Origin: an uncultured virus (IMG/VR IMGVR_UViG_3300035698_019702)
Taxonomy: Duplodnaviria > Heunggongvirae > Uroviricota > Caudoviricetes
Length of the DNA stretch: 64,000 bases
Direction: 5' to 3' (one strand)
IMG/VR virus record: IMGVR_UViG_3300035698_019702
Position 1 is the stretch's first letter; every line of letters begins with the position of its first letter. The notes under the pieces were generated by a model. That model ran no database searches. It had not been told where the DNA came from and saw only the letters and a list, made by a program, of their open reading frames with translations. A program made the position numbers and the translations under genes. This document shows, piece by piece, positions 9,767 through 22,600 of this stretch.

Positions 9767-12700
9767 ACATTTTTTGTTAGAGGCTTTCTTGGATGGCGAC
9801 TCCTATTCTTCGTTGGCAGACCGTCGAAGATTTTCGACCATCGATAACCAGATGTATCGCGTGGCAGAGATTGTGGGTGATGGAGTGATTGATGGTTGGG
9901 AAATCACATCTCAGACATTCCCAGATGTGCTTGTTACTGCTGGCGGTGGGTTAGTTGATGGATATTATGTTAATACTTTTGATGATCAGCTTTTCACTTT
10001 GTCTGACAACGGAACATTCTATTTCTACGCTCAACGCAAGGTGGGCATCATTGGGTCTGAAGGGCCGAAATCTGATCTGGCTTCCGTAACTTACGTAGAT
10101 ACAGGCCCACCTGCTGATCCAACTAGTTTAATTATTTCCACTCCTGCGCAATCGAGCACAAGGTACAAATTTGATATTTCCCTTCAATGGACCGGAGTGA
10201 GTGACATTGATCTAAGTCATTACCAAATACAACGCAGTAAAGATGGGGGTGTATATGAGATAGCAGGTACTGCGTATACTATTTATTATGAAGACAAAGT
10301 TGATGAGAATGCTGTATATGATTACCGTATATATGCTGTAGATCAAAGTAGTAACTTATCAACAGGTTCCGCAGATGGTTTGGTTTCGGTCACTTTGTCC
10401 GACAGCCTTCCTCCTAACCCGATAGAAGTTGAGATGCATCAATCGGAAGCTGCTATCAACGTCTTATGGAATCGACCACCGGCAATAGATTTTACTTACA
10501 TAGATCATTGGTTGATAAGTTACATCGAACTTGATACTGACAATGAGCCTATCCTGTCCACTATCTTATCGTTTGTTACCAACAAAGCATTGTATAACGA
10601 CAGAATTGATGATCTGTTGATTGGCAGAACTTATCAAGTGACGCTGCAATCTGTAGATGGACAGAACAGACATTCCACCGGTGTGGTACGCAACGTTGTA
10701 CCACAACCATCACCGGCACCACGAGACCCAGAAGGAGTAGCGTATACCCTTGATGCTGGTGAATTCGGGGTCAGAGTTAGTTTATCTTGGACCAGTGGTG
10801 ATACTCCTTATGATCCTGCTCTCAGTTATAGATATAAGATATACCCACGTATAGGAGACCTAGTAGAAGCACAATCTATAGACATTCCTCCTGGTTTAAC
10901 TGAAGAACAAGTATCGTTATATACATTCAATGGTTCTGAGTATTTCTCCATACCGGAAAACACTTTAGTTACTTTCAGAATAACCGCCTTAGATGTTAAT
11001 GGGTTTGAAAGTGTTGGAACATATATAAGACTTATTACTGCCCAATTCACTCTACCAAAATCTTTGGGAAATGCACAAACGGAATTCGATTTTGATACAA
11101 GTGATCTGGTTATTACCTGGACTAACCAGGATGATACCGATGATGTGAATGTAAGAATTGTTGTTGAAGAACTGGATGCAGATGACGCCCCTATAGAAGT
11201 GGTTAACGAAAACGTGGGACGAGCAAATCGATACGTCTATGATTCTGCTGAAACCGACAAAAAGTATACTGTTTATCTTACCCCAATCAATAGTGATGAC
11301 GTTGAAGGCTCCCCTTCTGTAAGTGTTGAGATAACGTTGGGATCGGGTAATTTACCGTTGCCTGATCCTCCTAATAGTGTTGAATCCAAGGCTAGTGATA
11401 AACAAATACTGCTAACTTGGGATCGCAGTGACACTAACTATACTAACTACTACAATCTATACCGGAAAACAGGTGATGTCACTTTTAATACCGAGGATTG
11501 GTTACTGCTTGATATTATGCCAGTTGCCGTAACAAGGTTTATCGACTTTGGCCTAGAGAATGACCAAGCATACTCGTACTACATCACGGCTACCGATGTT
11601 TATGGTAGAGAGTCTGACAACTTAGGTGATGGGGCAGTCAACCTTAATTTTACCACTGCTGTACCGCGTGCGGAAGGTGCTTTGACAGAGCCTACGGCTG
11701 TTGCTGCTCTTGTGGGAAAAAATATCGAGATAAGTTGGGACGCGTTATTGGAAGAGTTTGATTCATATACAATATACAGAACTATTAACAACTTGCACAC
11801 TTGGGAATCGATTGCTCATGTGGATAGAAACACTTTTACATATTTGGATGAGAATGTCCCGTTAGTTGATGGAACAACGTTCTACTACGTTATAGACAAA
11901 ACTATTAACGATGCAGACATTGTTGTACAAAGTACTGGTGTTAGCCCACCGAATTCAGTCTGTTTAGGTCATATTGCGCTGGCATCAGGTGTGTTTGGTA
12001 CTCCAGATACTGACTGTCGTCGAGACATCCAAGATATGGCCGACCCTCTGGGAGAGTACACTTTTTCGTTTATACTCGATCACAAGCATCGTGGCATTAA
12101 ACCACTTGATCCAGATCGTGTTGATCTAAACGCTGAAATTATCGTCACTGATTGGACGACAGTAGACGGTCGCATATGGTTTACTCAGGAGAATATCCAA
12201 GGTGGCACTCATATTGTTAAGGTTAATAACAGGTTTCCTAAAGAGTTTTTTGAAGTAGATGAGGTTACTGGTCGAATTATCTTCTCGGAAGCAATCAATA
12301 TTAGTTCTGCAATAGAAATGAGGGTATTAGGCATAGAAGAAGTTCAAAACGTACTAGATGAATTCCGATTTGATGAAATACATGCTAAGCAAATTCAATT
12401 TGGTGAGTTAAATTTTGAACAACTTCCAGATTTAAACCATGAAGGTCGGGTACGTGAATTAATGTTCCCTAAAAGATATCTTCTTGAGAGGTACAACAAC
12501 CATAATTTCATTGTCCCTCAAGGCAACACGGACGCAACAAAAACGTTTGGCAATGGAACTACTTTCTATGCTACCATTGATAGTGATGGCAGAATCAAAG
12601 AAATTATAGACTTTGACACCTACGATGATAATCTAATGGTGGGATTTCAAACACCATCTTATTCAACTGATACTATATTGCATCTGAAGCAGAGCACAGC

Positions 12701-15700
12701 AGCCAGTGCCGATCTAGAGAGTGGGAATGATATCTCTAACATTTATGAGTTTGTATCTGATACTGTGTTTTGTTTTACTCAGAGTTATAATAAAGTGCTA
12801 CAGGCTTATGATTGGTCTACCAACACATTTAATCAAATACGTGATATGGGTGGTGATCTGACGGCGGCAAATAACCGCGTAATTTCTGTCGATATTTCAA
12901 GAAATAGCATGTATATTGGAGGAACAACAGACGGGAATCAAGGACTGATCTATACTGTTGACCCTGCTACTGGGCGTATTTTACATACTCAGATAATTGA
13001 AGGTATATTTGATACTATATCTCATATGCACGAAACAGTCTACAACGAAGATGAAGATATTTTTTACGTTAGAGACGACTCTATTTGGGCCGCTGCTGGT
13101 GAAGTTAAATATTGCGGTGAAAGTACGGACTGGGTGTTGATGTCTTTCGGTACACCTATCTATAACAGTCTTCTTAAATCAACATATGTTTCATCAACTC
13201 AGACCATCATTGATCAATCTGATTCTAGTAACTTAAACCCTGGAACTTTTAGTTCAAGAATATCGCTGCTATACCGATCTATCTATCATCTGACAGGTGC
13301 TCATGATATATCTCAAATATGTCAATTAACAAGTAGCTCTGCAATATTAACATATGACCCTGACAATCAGGGGTTTATCTCTACATCGGCTGGCGGTGAC
13401 TTACTGAGCCTGACCAACTTTAATACGACAGGAGCTGGATCATGTACAGAGACTTCGTTGTCTACACCTGCTGAGACTCTGACTGCTCTACTCAGAATGC
13501 CCGAAGATTCCTGGTGGGTTAGTAACCCTGATACCATGAAAGTTGGACATTTTGGTGGACTAGTATCGCATTCATATTTACGGTTTCCTGTGGATATTGC
13601 GACAGAGAATACTATATCGACTGCTATTTTAAATCTAACTGGATATGCCTCCAGTGGTGGCAGTTTTAGCATGAGAGTTTCAGTGCTTGATCCATCTGAG
13701 TACGTCGATTCTATTGATGCTAGTGATGATGCTTTGTCAACGATTTCTAGCTTAGCGTCTATAGTTATATACCCGGATACCATTGTCGATGGTAGTCAGG
13801 TTGAGATTAACGTTTACAACTTAATTAACGAGTTTGTTAACAACAACGCATACTACCCAGGCAGACATGTAGTTTTCAAATTTGAAGCATTAGGGCCTCC
13901 CGCAGCTTTAACCTATCGTGAATATTATGCATATAATAGTGGTAGTGATCCTAGACTTAATTTATCGTATGTAGTCGATACTGCGGAAGTCAATAGTGAT
14001 CCCGGTGGTTACCAAAGCGAGAAGGCATATAGACTGCAATGGGAATTCGAGGATACGGCTGCAACAAGATGGGTGCGTATATCTACCAAAGAGACTGCGT
14101 TAAAACCTAACCCGGTGATCGATTTAGTTAAACGACTTCGATTTAAAGTCAAACTCAATACTGGATCACTGTACATGGGATTTGGAATCAGGGAAATCAC
14201 ACAAACAGGATTAGAAACTGGAGAAAACGGCGGCATCGTTGGACCAATCGAATGGGTTAATGTTAATAATCTGCTAACTGATGATAATGGAAATATTACA
14301 CCTATAGGCTCAACACTAATTACAGCTAGCGATGAGTGGCAAGAAGTTGATATTGATTTGCAGAAAGCTACAGCATTTAGTTTGCAGGATGGTGATGGTG
14401 TGATTGGTAGGGGATTAGGGGTTCTTGAGCATATAGCATTTACTGTCAACCCGGATAATCCGCCTACTGAAGCAGTTGATGTCTTCATAGACAAACTGGA
14501 GCAGGTAGATGACTTACTAGTAGCAGGTACTAGCCAGGGCATTCAAACATCCGGTGATTTCGGAGTTAATTGGCGTGTCTCCAGGCTAACAGATACTCCT
14601 GTTCACTCTTTCTATAGAGCCGAGAACAATAACTTTATGTGGGCCATCACTGGTACGGAAGTTTTATTTGCTGTAGATCCAGAGTTTTGGTTTGCTACAG
14701 GTGGTACTACAGGTGTTCAGTTCATCAAGGATATCACCGAAGATGCAGAAGGAAATATGTATGTGTCTACAGACAAAGGAGTATATTTCTTAGAAATTGG
14801 GTTGATATATAGATTAGCTAACTTTAAGCAAACAACACCCATAAACGCTTTTACTACTGATTGTTATGGTATGTTCCATTACCATGCTTCATCTGGCCAA
14901 GATGAAATATGGGCATCAACGGAAATTGGAATCTTCAAGACCGTGGACCACGGAGATACGTGGATAGATTCTGGACTAAACACAAGTGGATTGGTGGCTT
15001 ATCAATTCATGGACGTTAGTGACAGTCTCACCAACCCAGTCATTATATGCATTACTCGAAAACATGTAATGCGTAAACGACTATCAGATGCAGACTTTGA
15101 GGTTATCGCCAATTTTGAAGCGCAGCATGGTATTTTTGATATCTGGAAAATGGAGTACTTTGGTGGACGACTTTATATCTCAACTGGTGATGGGTTATAT
15201 GCTAACCTATCAGGCTCGATATTCAACGACAGTGAGATAGAGTTTGAGAAGGTTTTTACAGACCTCAATATGAACAACGATGTTCTTGTGTGTTTTGGTT
15301 TAGATAAAGCTAGAATTGAGGAAGATGTCTACCAGATGTTTGTCGGGCAGGAAAATCGACTGATGATGATTACTGAGGATTTGGTATTATCAACAAAAAA
15401 GGAATACAGGAACCGTGAATTACCTTCATTCTACGTAGATAACAACGTAGTTACTATCGGTTATGTCTATAATGCTTTCAACGGTGTTGTCACTTTTAGA
15501 GAACCTCAGAGTGTTGTGGATGTTGTATCGGCAGCTCATCTGCCGCGAAAAAGCTTTGTTGCCAATGAGGGTGGTTGGGCAATGACTAACCCGGAATCAG
15601 AAATATTCCTGTACAGAAACGGCTTTCCTACTTGGTTGTACTTTAAGTTAGATGAAAATGAAGTAGTAGCAGAAGTACAACTTATTGGATCACGGATTAA

Positions 15701-17399
15701 TAGTCTTCCAGAACTAACTACTTTTAACAGCCTATATCCTGAATCATCGGAGTTAAAAACTGCAACTCTTAGCAACATAACAACCATAATAAGTGGTGGT
15801 GAAAATGAAACCTCACTTGTAAATAACGCAACAGTAACAGCATTTTTGGCTAATTACATCCGGTTTTTATCTGTAATAACAAACACACTTAAGTCTGGTA
15901 GTAGTTTGACTGATCCTGAAATCATAGTTTCAGGAATCCGGCGATTTGACGGTGATATAACTAGCCGATCAGCTCTTCTGGAAGCACAGGAGGATTTTGA
16001 GTCGGAAGAATCGTTTGGGATTACCGTAGATGCTTTTGCAGGGGAAATAGACTTTCTTCAAGCATTCACTACCACTACGGACCCTGAAGAAAGAGAGAAA
16101 TTATCATTCGACAAATTTGATCGTCTTGAGATAACACTTTTTAATACTCAGATTGCCAATACTGGCGAGTTTACTCACAGAGAGATAGAAGATAATCTGG
16201 AAGATTACAATACTGGCATGACTTCGCACATGGGTAGGGTATTTAACACTAACTTAATTAAGACTGGAATCTTCTTAGAACAACAACACAACTATGTCTT
16301 CGACCGATATAATGCTTCCAATGTACAAAGTAAGTTCTATGCGGCCCACACAAACTCATGGTACGATCAGTTAAATTCTACAGTGGATTATGTCACTTTA
16401 GTACGAGTTTTAAACCATCCTGAACCTCGGTATGTTTATGATTCGTATCTGTTTATTAACGACCCGTACTTCGGTGGCAGATTATGGATTGCAACAGACA
16501 ACGACATTATTCAGTACGTGTTTGATTCTAACGGTGAATTGGTGGTAGAGGATATAGTTCGCCCAGGTGGTGGTGTTCATCCTATGACCGTAACAGACAT
16601 ATATGTTACTTCGTCTAACTCGGTATATGTTGTTGCCTCAGAGCAAGCAAGTGGTCGTAGCCACATATATTTGACCTACAACTTTGGGGTAACGTGGGAA
16701 GACTTGGAAACAATTAACCTGCCTAGTGAATTTGAGACATTCGTCATCATCAACAACAACAAAGTGGTACTCTCAGAGGAGGGAACCTTTTACAGCGACA
16801 ATGATTTTGGTACATGGTATCCTTCCAACGTAACTAGAGCATTCACTGTGGGGGAGGATGCAGAAAGAGCCTTCAAGGAGCGTGTAAGGAAGGTTGAAAA
16901 AGATACATTCCTAATTCTGGAATCTGACAGATATTTCTATACCTCTGGATCAGGTATTGAGTTTTTGGCGGTGGGGAGGATAAAGCAAAATACAACTGTG
17001 GTCAACACTATGGCTCGATTTAAGAGTCTTTTATGGGTAGGAACAGATCACGGTCTGTATAATGATGGTAACTCTGCTCTATCCGATAGTATCCAATTTG
17101 GTTTGGCTAATAACCTGGAAGAGACAGCAACTGAAAGTGCCGCTGTTGTTATTAACGATATTACCTCAAGCACAGACATATTATATTGCTGTTCTGCTGA
17201 AGGCAAGATTTATCGATTCTGGAATAACCCAGACGACGAGTCGAATGAAAATGAGTGGAGTAGATATAAAGTTCATGGTTTTGACTCGATACACAAACTG
17301 CATATATATGAAACAGCTAGTAAAACTTACCTAGTTGTAATGGCTTACAACCAAATAAAATCAGTTGATGTAACACCAGGAGAGGGAGTATTCGGATGA
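9750..17399 (+). CDS. Giant putative tail/virion protein (about 2550 aa) with FN3 repeats and propeller/BNR-like repeats
   Basis: FN3 motifs (ISLQWT...YQIQRS...YDYRIYAVD; ILLTWD...YNLYRK...YSYYITATD). BNR-like TSGDFGVNW, KTVDHGDTW, YSDNDFGTW. Start ATG 9750 preferred over 9714. Confidence 0.7.
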   Translation: MPIRTEHFLLEAFLDGDSYSSLADRRRFSTIDNQMYRVAEIVGDGVIDGWEITSQTFPDVLVTAGGGLVDGYYVNTFDDQLFTLSDNGTFYFYAQRKVGIIGSEGPKSDLASVTYVDTGPPADPTSLIISTPAQSSTRYKFDISLQWTGVSDIDLSHYQIQRSKDGGVYEIAGTAYTIYYEDKVDENAVYDYRIYAVDQSSNLSTGSADGLVSVTLSDSLPPNPIEVEMHQSEAAINVLWNRPPAIDFTYIDHWLISYIELDTDNEPILSTILSFVTNKALYNDRIDDLLIGRTYQVTLQSVDGQNRHSTGVVRNVVPQPSPAPRDPEGVAYTLDAGEFGVRVSLSWTSGDTPYDPALSYRYKIYPRIGDLVEAQSIDIPPGLTEEQVSLYTFNGSEYFSIPENTLVTFRITALDVNGFESVGTYIRLITAQFTLPKSLGNAQTEFDFDTSDLVITWTNQDDTDDVNVRIVVEELDADDAPIEVVNENVGRANRYVYDSAETDKKYTVYLTPINSDDVEGSPSVSVEITLGSGNLPLPDPPNSVESKASDKQILLTWDRSDTNYTNYYNLYRKTGDVTFNTEDWLLLDIMPVAVTRFIDFGLENDQAYSYYITATDVYGRESDNLGDGAVNLNFTTAVPRAEGALTEPTAVAALVGKNIEISWDALLEEFDSYTIYRTINNLHTWESIAHVDRNTFTYLDENVPLVDGTTFYYVIDKTINDADIVVQSTGVSPPNSVCLGHIALASGVFGTPDTDCRRDIQDMADPLGEYTFSFILDHKHRGIKPLDPDRVDLNAEIIVTDWTTVDGRIWFTQENIQGGTHIVKVNNRFPKEFFEVDEVTGRIIFSEAINISSAIEMRVLGIEEVQNVLDEFRFDEIHAKQIQFGELNFEQLPDLNHEGRVRELMFPKRYLLERYNNHNFIVPQGNTDATKTFGNGTTFYATIDSDGRIKEIIDFDTYDDNLMVGFQTPSYSTDTILHLKQSTAASADLESGNDISNIYEFVSDTVFCFTQSYNKVLQAYDWSTNTFNQIRDMGGDLTAANNRVISVDISRNSMYIGGTTDGNQGLIYTVDPATGRILHTQIIEGIFDTISHMHETVYNEDEDIFYVRDDSIWAAAGEVKYCGESTDWVLMSFGTPIYNSLLKSTYVSSTQTIIDQSDSSNLNPGTFSSRISLLYRSIYHLTGAHDISQICQLTSSSAILTYDPDNQGFISTSAGGDLLSLTNFNTTGAGSCTETSLSTPAETLTALLRMPEDSWWVSNPDTMKVGHFGGLVSHSYLRFPVDIATENTISTAILNLTGYASSGGSFSMRVSVLDPSEYVDSIDASDDALSTISSLASIVIYPDTIVDGSQVEINVYNLINEFVNNNAYYPGRHVVFKFEALGPPAALTYREYYAYNSGSDPRLNLSYVVDTAEVNSDPGGYQSEKAYRLQWEFEDTAATRWVRISTKETALKPNPVIDLVKRLRFKVKLNTGSLYMGFGIREITQTGLETGENGGIVGPIEWVNVNNLLTDDNGNITPIGSTLITASDEWQEVDIDLQKATAFSLQDGDGVIGRGLGVLEHIAFTVNPDNPPTEAVDVFIDKLEQVDDLLVAGTSQGIQTSGDFGVNWRVSRLTDTPVHSFYRAENNNFMWAITGTEVLFAVDPEFWFATGGTTGVQFIKDITEDAEGNMYVSTDKGVYFLEIGLIYRLANFKQTTPINAFTTDCYGMFHYHASSGQDEIWASTEIGIFKTVDHGDTWIDSGLNTSGLVAYQFMDVSDSLTNPVIICITRKHVMRKRLSDADFEVIANFEAQHGIFDIWKMEYFGGRLYISTGDGLYANLSGSIFNDSEIEFEKVFTDLNMNNDVLVCFGLDKARIEEDVYQMFVGQENRLMMITEDLVLSTKKEYRNRELPSFYVDNNVVTIGYVYNAFNGVVTFREPQSVVDVVSAAHLPRKSFVANEGGWAMTNPESEIFLYRNGFPTWLYFKLDENEVVAEVQLIGSRINSLPELTTFNSLYPESSELKTATLSNITTIISGGENETSLVNNATVTAFLANYIRFLSVITNTLKSGSSLTDPEIIVSGIRRFDGDITSRSALLEAQEDFESEESFGITVDAFAGEIDFLQAFTTTTDPEEREKLSFDKFDRLEITLFNTQIANTGEFTHREIEDNLEDYNTGMTSHMGRVFNTNLIKTGIFLEQQHNYVFDRYNASNVQSKFYAAHTNSWYDQLNSTVDYVTLVRVLNHPEPRYVYDSYLFINDPYFGGRLWIATDNDIIQYVFDSNGELVVEDIVRPGGGVHPMTVTDIYVTSSNSVYVVASEQASGRSHIYLTYNFGVTWEDLETINLPSEFETFVIINNNKVVLSEEGTFYSDNDFGTWYPSNVTRAFTVGEDAERAFKERVRKVEKDTFLILESDRYFYTSGSGIEFLAVGRIKQNTTVVNTMARFKSLLWVGTDHGLYNDGNSALSDSIQFGLANNLEETATESAAVVINDITSSTDILYCCSAEGKIYRFWNNPDDESNENEWSRYKVHGFDSIHKLHIYETASKTYLVVMAYNQIKSVDVTPGEGVFG

Positions 17400-19624
17400 G
17401 TTCAGTAGTTCGTTGGGACAGTCAAGAGGGATGGCAGGACTGGGTCAATGAATCCGCTTCAGGGCGTTTGCCACGTTTAATAGGCAGCGCCCTGAAGCTA
17501 CCTTTTGCTCGCATACCCCATTTAGGCACTAGTGAATTGCATGATGGTGAGTTTGTTGCCCGATGGAGTTGGGGACAGAGACAGCGCACAGAATTCAATC
17601 AACCATATCTCTTAGAAGCAGACTTGCTAAATGATGATGACACTTTGAATCCGATAGTTGGCGGAAACCTTGGACACACCACTATAATAGATGGAACAGT
17701 CGAATTGTCGGAATATGGATTTAATACGGTCAACCGTAATAGCCATCTAAACGTGTCAAATGCATCTGATTTCAATTACCCTGATAATGCCAATGCTGTA
17801 TACATGAGCTGTTGGTTTAAAAGTCATTTAGTCAATTATTCGAGCGGTTTAGCCATCATTGCTGCTGGACACTCTGGAGTCGTGGGAGATACACTACAAT
17901 TCGCCATCATTATTGACACGGATAATAAGGTAAAAGGCATGACCGTAAATTCTGATTCATATACTATACCACCTGTAGGTGGTGATGTTGTGATCGACGG
18001 GAATTGGCACCATGCCCTGTTTGTGCTTAATAATCGAGGTGCCACAAGCTCTGTTGCTGTGTTTGTGGTGGACAACGAGTGGGGTGATGGCCCCACTCCT
18101 AACAGTGAATACACTTTCGGATATGATGCTGGCAATATAACTAGGTTTGATATTGGATCATCTAGCATAAGTGGAGAATCAGCTTATGGATTCTCTGGTA
18201 TTATCGATGAGTTAGTTATATCTAAATGGGCAGAGATAGCATCTCTTAAAACAACCATAAACAACGCCACATCCTCGTTAACTCAAACAGAGATATTTGG
18301 CGCATATCTGCCGAGCTATAGATTTGAGTCAAACGTGCTTGTCTCGCCAATAGTTGACACCGAAAGAGATAATAGCCTCTTTACAGGGTTGTATGCAGAA
18401 TACGAAAACCCTAATGGTTCGTCAGTACAATTTTCATTCAGAGCTAGTGACGCCTTGTTTGATCAAGATGACACCTCTGTTGAGTGGACTGGATTCACAG
18501 CACCTAATAAGGTATTACATGCTACATCGATCGGACATGAAGATTTAGGTATTTGGATGTCTGGAAGATACCAGCAAGTCCGCATAAGGGTAAATCCATC
18601 TACCGTTAATTCCCCAATAGCCGACGATTTACAACTCGAAACTCCGGTAGTTCATATTATAGAATTAAGTACAGGGGTTGCTACGAAAGTTCTTGGTGCA
18701 ACCCAACCATCATTTGAGCCGGGGCTCGTACTTGGGCAAATATTTACTTTTGAAGGGGAGAAAAACATAGATAAAGTATCCCTTAATTTGACTGTAAACA
18801 CTCAAAATCGACAATCATTCGTTATAGGTGCTGCTGGGCATGTTGCTTTCCAAGCAGCTAATTGGCAAGATTCCAGAGATGATTGGGTCTTTCAGCCCAT
18901 TCCTCACTGGGTTGCAATTGATGATGCAGGGTATGAAGATGCTTATGGTTTAACTTGGGAGACAAGTGGAGTTACGATCCGTAATACAAGACAGTTGGAA
19001 AGTTGGCCAGTTGCGGAAGAATCCATAGCAAATGCTCCTTATCTCAAATACCAAATATTTTTTCCGTCAGGTGGAACTTATCAACTGTGGGGATATGGCT
19101 ATACTAGTAATGGCATCTTTTACACATTCGATGACGATGAAACCGATCTAAGACAACTAACACTAGGAGAGGATTTAATGCCCAGGTGGACCAGATTTGG
19201 TTCATTCTTCTTGGAAGAAGGTGGCTTGCATGCTTTTTCAGTATACTTAGCAGATATTAACACAACCATTCTGGATCAGTGGCTTTTCACTCAAAATCCA
19301 AATATGGACGCAGAATTAGCGAACGACGAGTATGCTTCGCCTCAGCCGAACTCTATGGCACCGTTTAACACGGCAGTGAGATTGCGAAGTCTATATAATG
19401 GGGAACTAGACGATCTAGTAAATCCGCAGTCTTCTCCAGCAAACAACGTAACTATGTGGCTGCCTTCTCGTATTATATCTGCCTCTGGTAAGTTTAATTA
19501 TGAGGTAGTAGATGACAATGGCAATATTGGAGTTGTGTTTATCGACGGTGTATCTCTAGAATTTTGGCAGGTTGGTGGTACTTCTTCTCACTTTGCATCT
19601 TGGGATTACAGTGAGGCAGAATAA
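17396..19624 (+). CDS. Putative virion protein with LamG-like domain (742 aa)
   Basis: YMSCWFKS...DGNWHHALFV...FSGIIDELVISK. ATGA overlap with the upstream gene. Confidence 0.65.
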   Translation: MSSVVRWDSQEGWQDWVNESASGRLPRLIGSALKLPFARIPHLGTSELHDGEFVARWSWGQRQRTEFNQPYLLEADLLNDDDTLNPIVGGNLGHTTIIDGTVELSEYGFNTVNRNSHLNVSNASDFNYPDNANAVYMSCWFKSHLVNYSSGLAIIAAGHSGVVGDTLQFAIIIDTDNKVKGMTVNSDSYTIPPVGGDVVIDGNWHHALFVLNNRGATSSVAVFVVDNEWGDGPTPNSEYTFGYDAGNITRFDIGSSSISGESAYGFSGIIDELVISKWAEIASLKTTINNATSSLTQTEIFGAYLPSYRFESNVLVSPIVDTERDNSLFTGLYAEYENPNGSSVQFSFRASDALFDQDDTSVEWTGFTAPNKVLHATSIGHEDLGIWMSGRYQQVRIRVNPSTVNSPIADDLQLETPVVHIIELSTGVATKVLGATQPSFEPGLVLGQIFTFEGEKNIDKVSLNLTVNTQNRQSFVIGAAGHVAFQAANWQDSRDDWVFQPIPHWVAIDDAGYEDAYGLTWETSGVTIRNTRQLESWPVAEESIANAPYLKYQIFFPSGGTYQLWGYGYTSNGIFYTFDDDETDLRQLTLGEDLMPRWTRFGSFFLEEGGLHAFSVYLADINTTILDQWLFTQNPNMDAELANDEYASPQPNSMAPFNTAVRLRSLYNGELDDLVNPQSSPANNVTMWLPSRIISASGKFNYEVVDDNGNIGVVFIDGVSLEFWQVGGTSSHFASWDYSEAE

Positions 19625-22600
19625 TGGCTGATAGTATAGGTAAACAGTTTGTTAGTGCTGATTACGGACAGAATTATACCCTGTCTTCAGCCAGATGCGT
19701 GACAGAGTTTAATTACTCATTTGAATTACATGAATATAACGAGGCTCTAACACCTTATGGCACTATAGAGACTCGTCCACCTGATTTGTCTACTATCACT
19801 ATAGATGATTTTAATGCCGGCGAGCACTTTCGTACTGGGCCAGAAGATAACACTAATCACTTGCAACTAGAACTTGAAGATAGGTTGTTAACTATTATTC
19901 TTGATGAATCCGGGTCTATGACTTGGAATGATAATAACGGTGACAGGTATACCTATATTAAGCGGTTACTTACCAAGCTCGATAATACTTATCCTGGTGG
20001 CATCACTGCCAATCTGTTGACGTTTGGTGGATCACTCACGAGGACATCTCTTTTTGTGGCTCCATCAGGAGTAGATTTCCTGGCAGATGAGGATCAAAGT
20101 TTTGAACAACTAATCCAAGCGAGCTTCCAGGACAGTGTATTTGATTTTTCTGGTGTCAGAGTGGTACGCCGTACCGACCGATTTCCTGAACATCCTGCTG
20201 ATGGAATAGTTGTTGGAGAGGGAATCTTTGAGGCAGTCAAAGATGAGGACTTAATAGAAGGACAAACTTACTATTATGGAGTTTGGACCTTTAATAAAAA
20301 TAAGCATTTCAGCAGAGGGAAATTCGTTAGTGGAACTCCTTATGATCGCATTCTGCCGAGTGGGGTTAATTTTGCTAGTGGCACTCAGAGAATTCTGCCC
20401 GGTGTCGAACGATCTGATATTGCTACTTTGATTTATAACTTTGTAGAAAGGTCAGGATCACTCACTTTTGACTCGTCAGGTAGTGGCTTGCACGGAATGT
20501 TGGGTTCAGAGGTTGTTGAAAGCAATTTCTGGGAAGGTACACCTACCGCAGCAGTTGGAACGACCAGATATATTCCCGTAGGTGTTAATTTTGACGGTGA
20601 ATATGATATAATTGAAACTGACATTACTGCCCAAGAAGAAGACTTTAAGCAAGACACGTCTGGGATTATAGTTAATTTGTGGGTGAATCCTAACACTAGA
20701 ACAACAAACCAATGGCTAATAGGCACTTCAACAGAAGAACCCTCCAATTATGTAGGATGGATGCTTGGACTTAACTCTACTGGACAACTCATAATCCAAG
20801 GATCAAACTCGGGTATTTTAACTACTGGATTAACTGTGACAGATGATGTGTGGTCAATGATCACTGTAAGATTAGTTGCAAGCACTCCTGATAATCTCTA
20901 TTTTTGGTTATACCTAAATGGGGAATATATCGAAGAACAAAACTGGGTGACTGATCCCTTAGTAACTGGATTGAACAGGTTGTATATTGGTGGCAAACCA
21001 GTGTCTAGTGGTGCCATTTGGAGCGGAGAAGATTACTTTGGTGCTATAGCTCAGTTAAGTGTTCATTCTGGAGGTGTGACGGGATGGAATCATAATGGTG
21101 TGACATGGGTTTCTACATTATACGAAAGAGAACTTTCGATATTCACTCAAACTGTTACCTCTGCTTCCCAGACGCCTCCTGACAACAATCAAAGAGAAGT
21201 GCTGTTAAACTGGGACATAGGAAGAGATTTCGATTTTGAAGGTGGCAGTGTTTATATAGTACGCAAGTATAACTCCTTACCGTCTCACATCAATGACGGA
21301 GACACCGTTGTTAATGTGAATGCTGAACCTGGTGAGTTCTTCTATCTTGATACTTTTAACTTTATTCATGGTGGAGATTACTATTATAGGTTCTTTACGA
21401 TTAACAGTATTGGCAACATATGTGACAGAGAAGAGGCCAGGGCAGTGGCCATTAGGATATCATACTCTATCGAAATGCTTAATACTAACCCTGATCTCCC
21501 AGTAGTAGAAAACGAACTTACAACACCCGGAAATAAGAAGTTGCTTCTGCAATGGACAAACCCAAGTGAATTCCAGTGGAGAGGTACAAAAGTATTCTAT
21601 AGTCCTGATGAGTTTCCTACCATAAAAGTCTCTAAATCTGGTATCTCTTCTAGTGGCACTGAGATTGTGGATACAACTGAAGAGTTTTTTGCTCATAGAG
21701 TACTGGGGCAGTCAAGGGGTGGTGACGTACCGCTGACAAACGGTCATATCCATTATTATACGATAGTTACTTATGATACTTACGGGCGATTATCTGAGGC
21801 AAGATTACTTCAAGCAGTACCTTCTGCTCTATTAGATACGGTATTTGACTCAGATGATGTTGCAGATTTGCATCTTACTATACTGAACCCTACCTCCTTG
21901 TCAGTGCAATGGAGCAACCCAACTCTCTCGACGGAGAAACTGGAGTTATATTTCGGCGAATCTGCTGTGATTTTCGTTGGAGTGCGGGACATTTTCGGCG
22001 GCGATTTGGAAGATATAGATAACCTGGAAATTCAGGTATGTACATCGTTTCAAGTTAACTCTATAATCGCTGGCTCACAATCACTAGGCAATGACAGAGG
22101 GCCACAGCCCGGATCGGTAGGTGGCCCAGATTTAGACGGATATGGTGATTCAGGCACAACATGGCCCAAGGCAAGTAGATGCTTTTCACCCGAAGGGGCT
22201 AAAGCGGAAACCATCCTATCGTATGCGCCCGTAAAAAGTGGACTTATTAAAGGTTTGCTTTCACATACTGATGAAAGAGATGTACTCGCTCGCAGAAAGT
22301 CTTACACGATGTCTTTGCGAGCCCAATACAAAGTGGAAGACCCCGAAACTAAAGATACTATATTTGAATTCAATACATCGGCCACAACCGTTGAGTTTCA
22401 GCATCCCCTTAAGATGTCTCTAATTAACAAACTTAATAAGAGAGCAAGCTTAACACCCGGTGCTAGAGGCTTAATTAGAGGGTATGAGATTTGTTCATGC
22501 TCATGGTCCGATTATGCAGAACCACATGAAACTGAAGTGTTTGATGGTGGATATATTAATGCTACCGAACCATATGTTGTTCGATGTGAAGTAATGTACA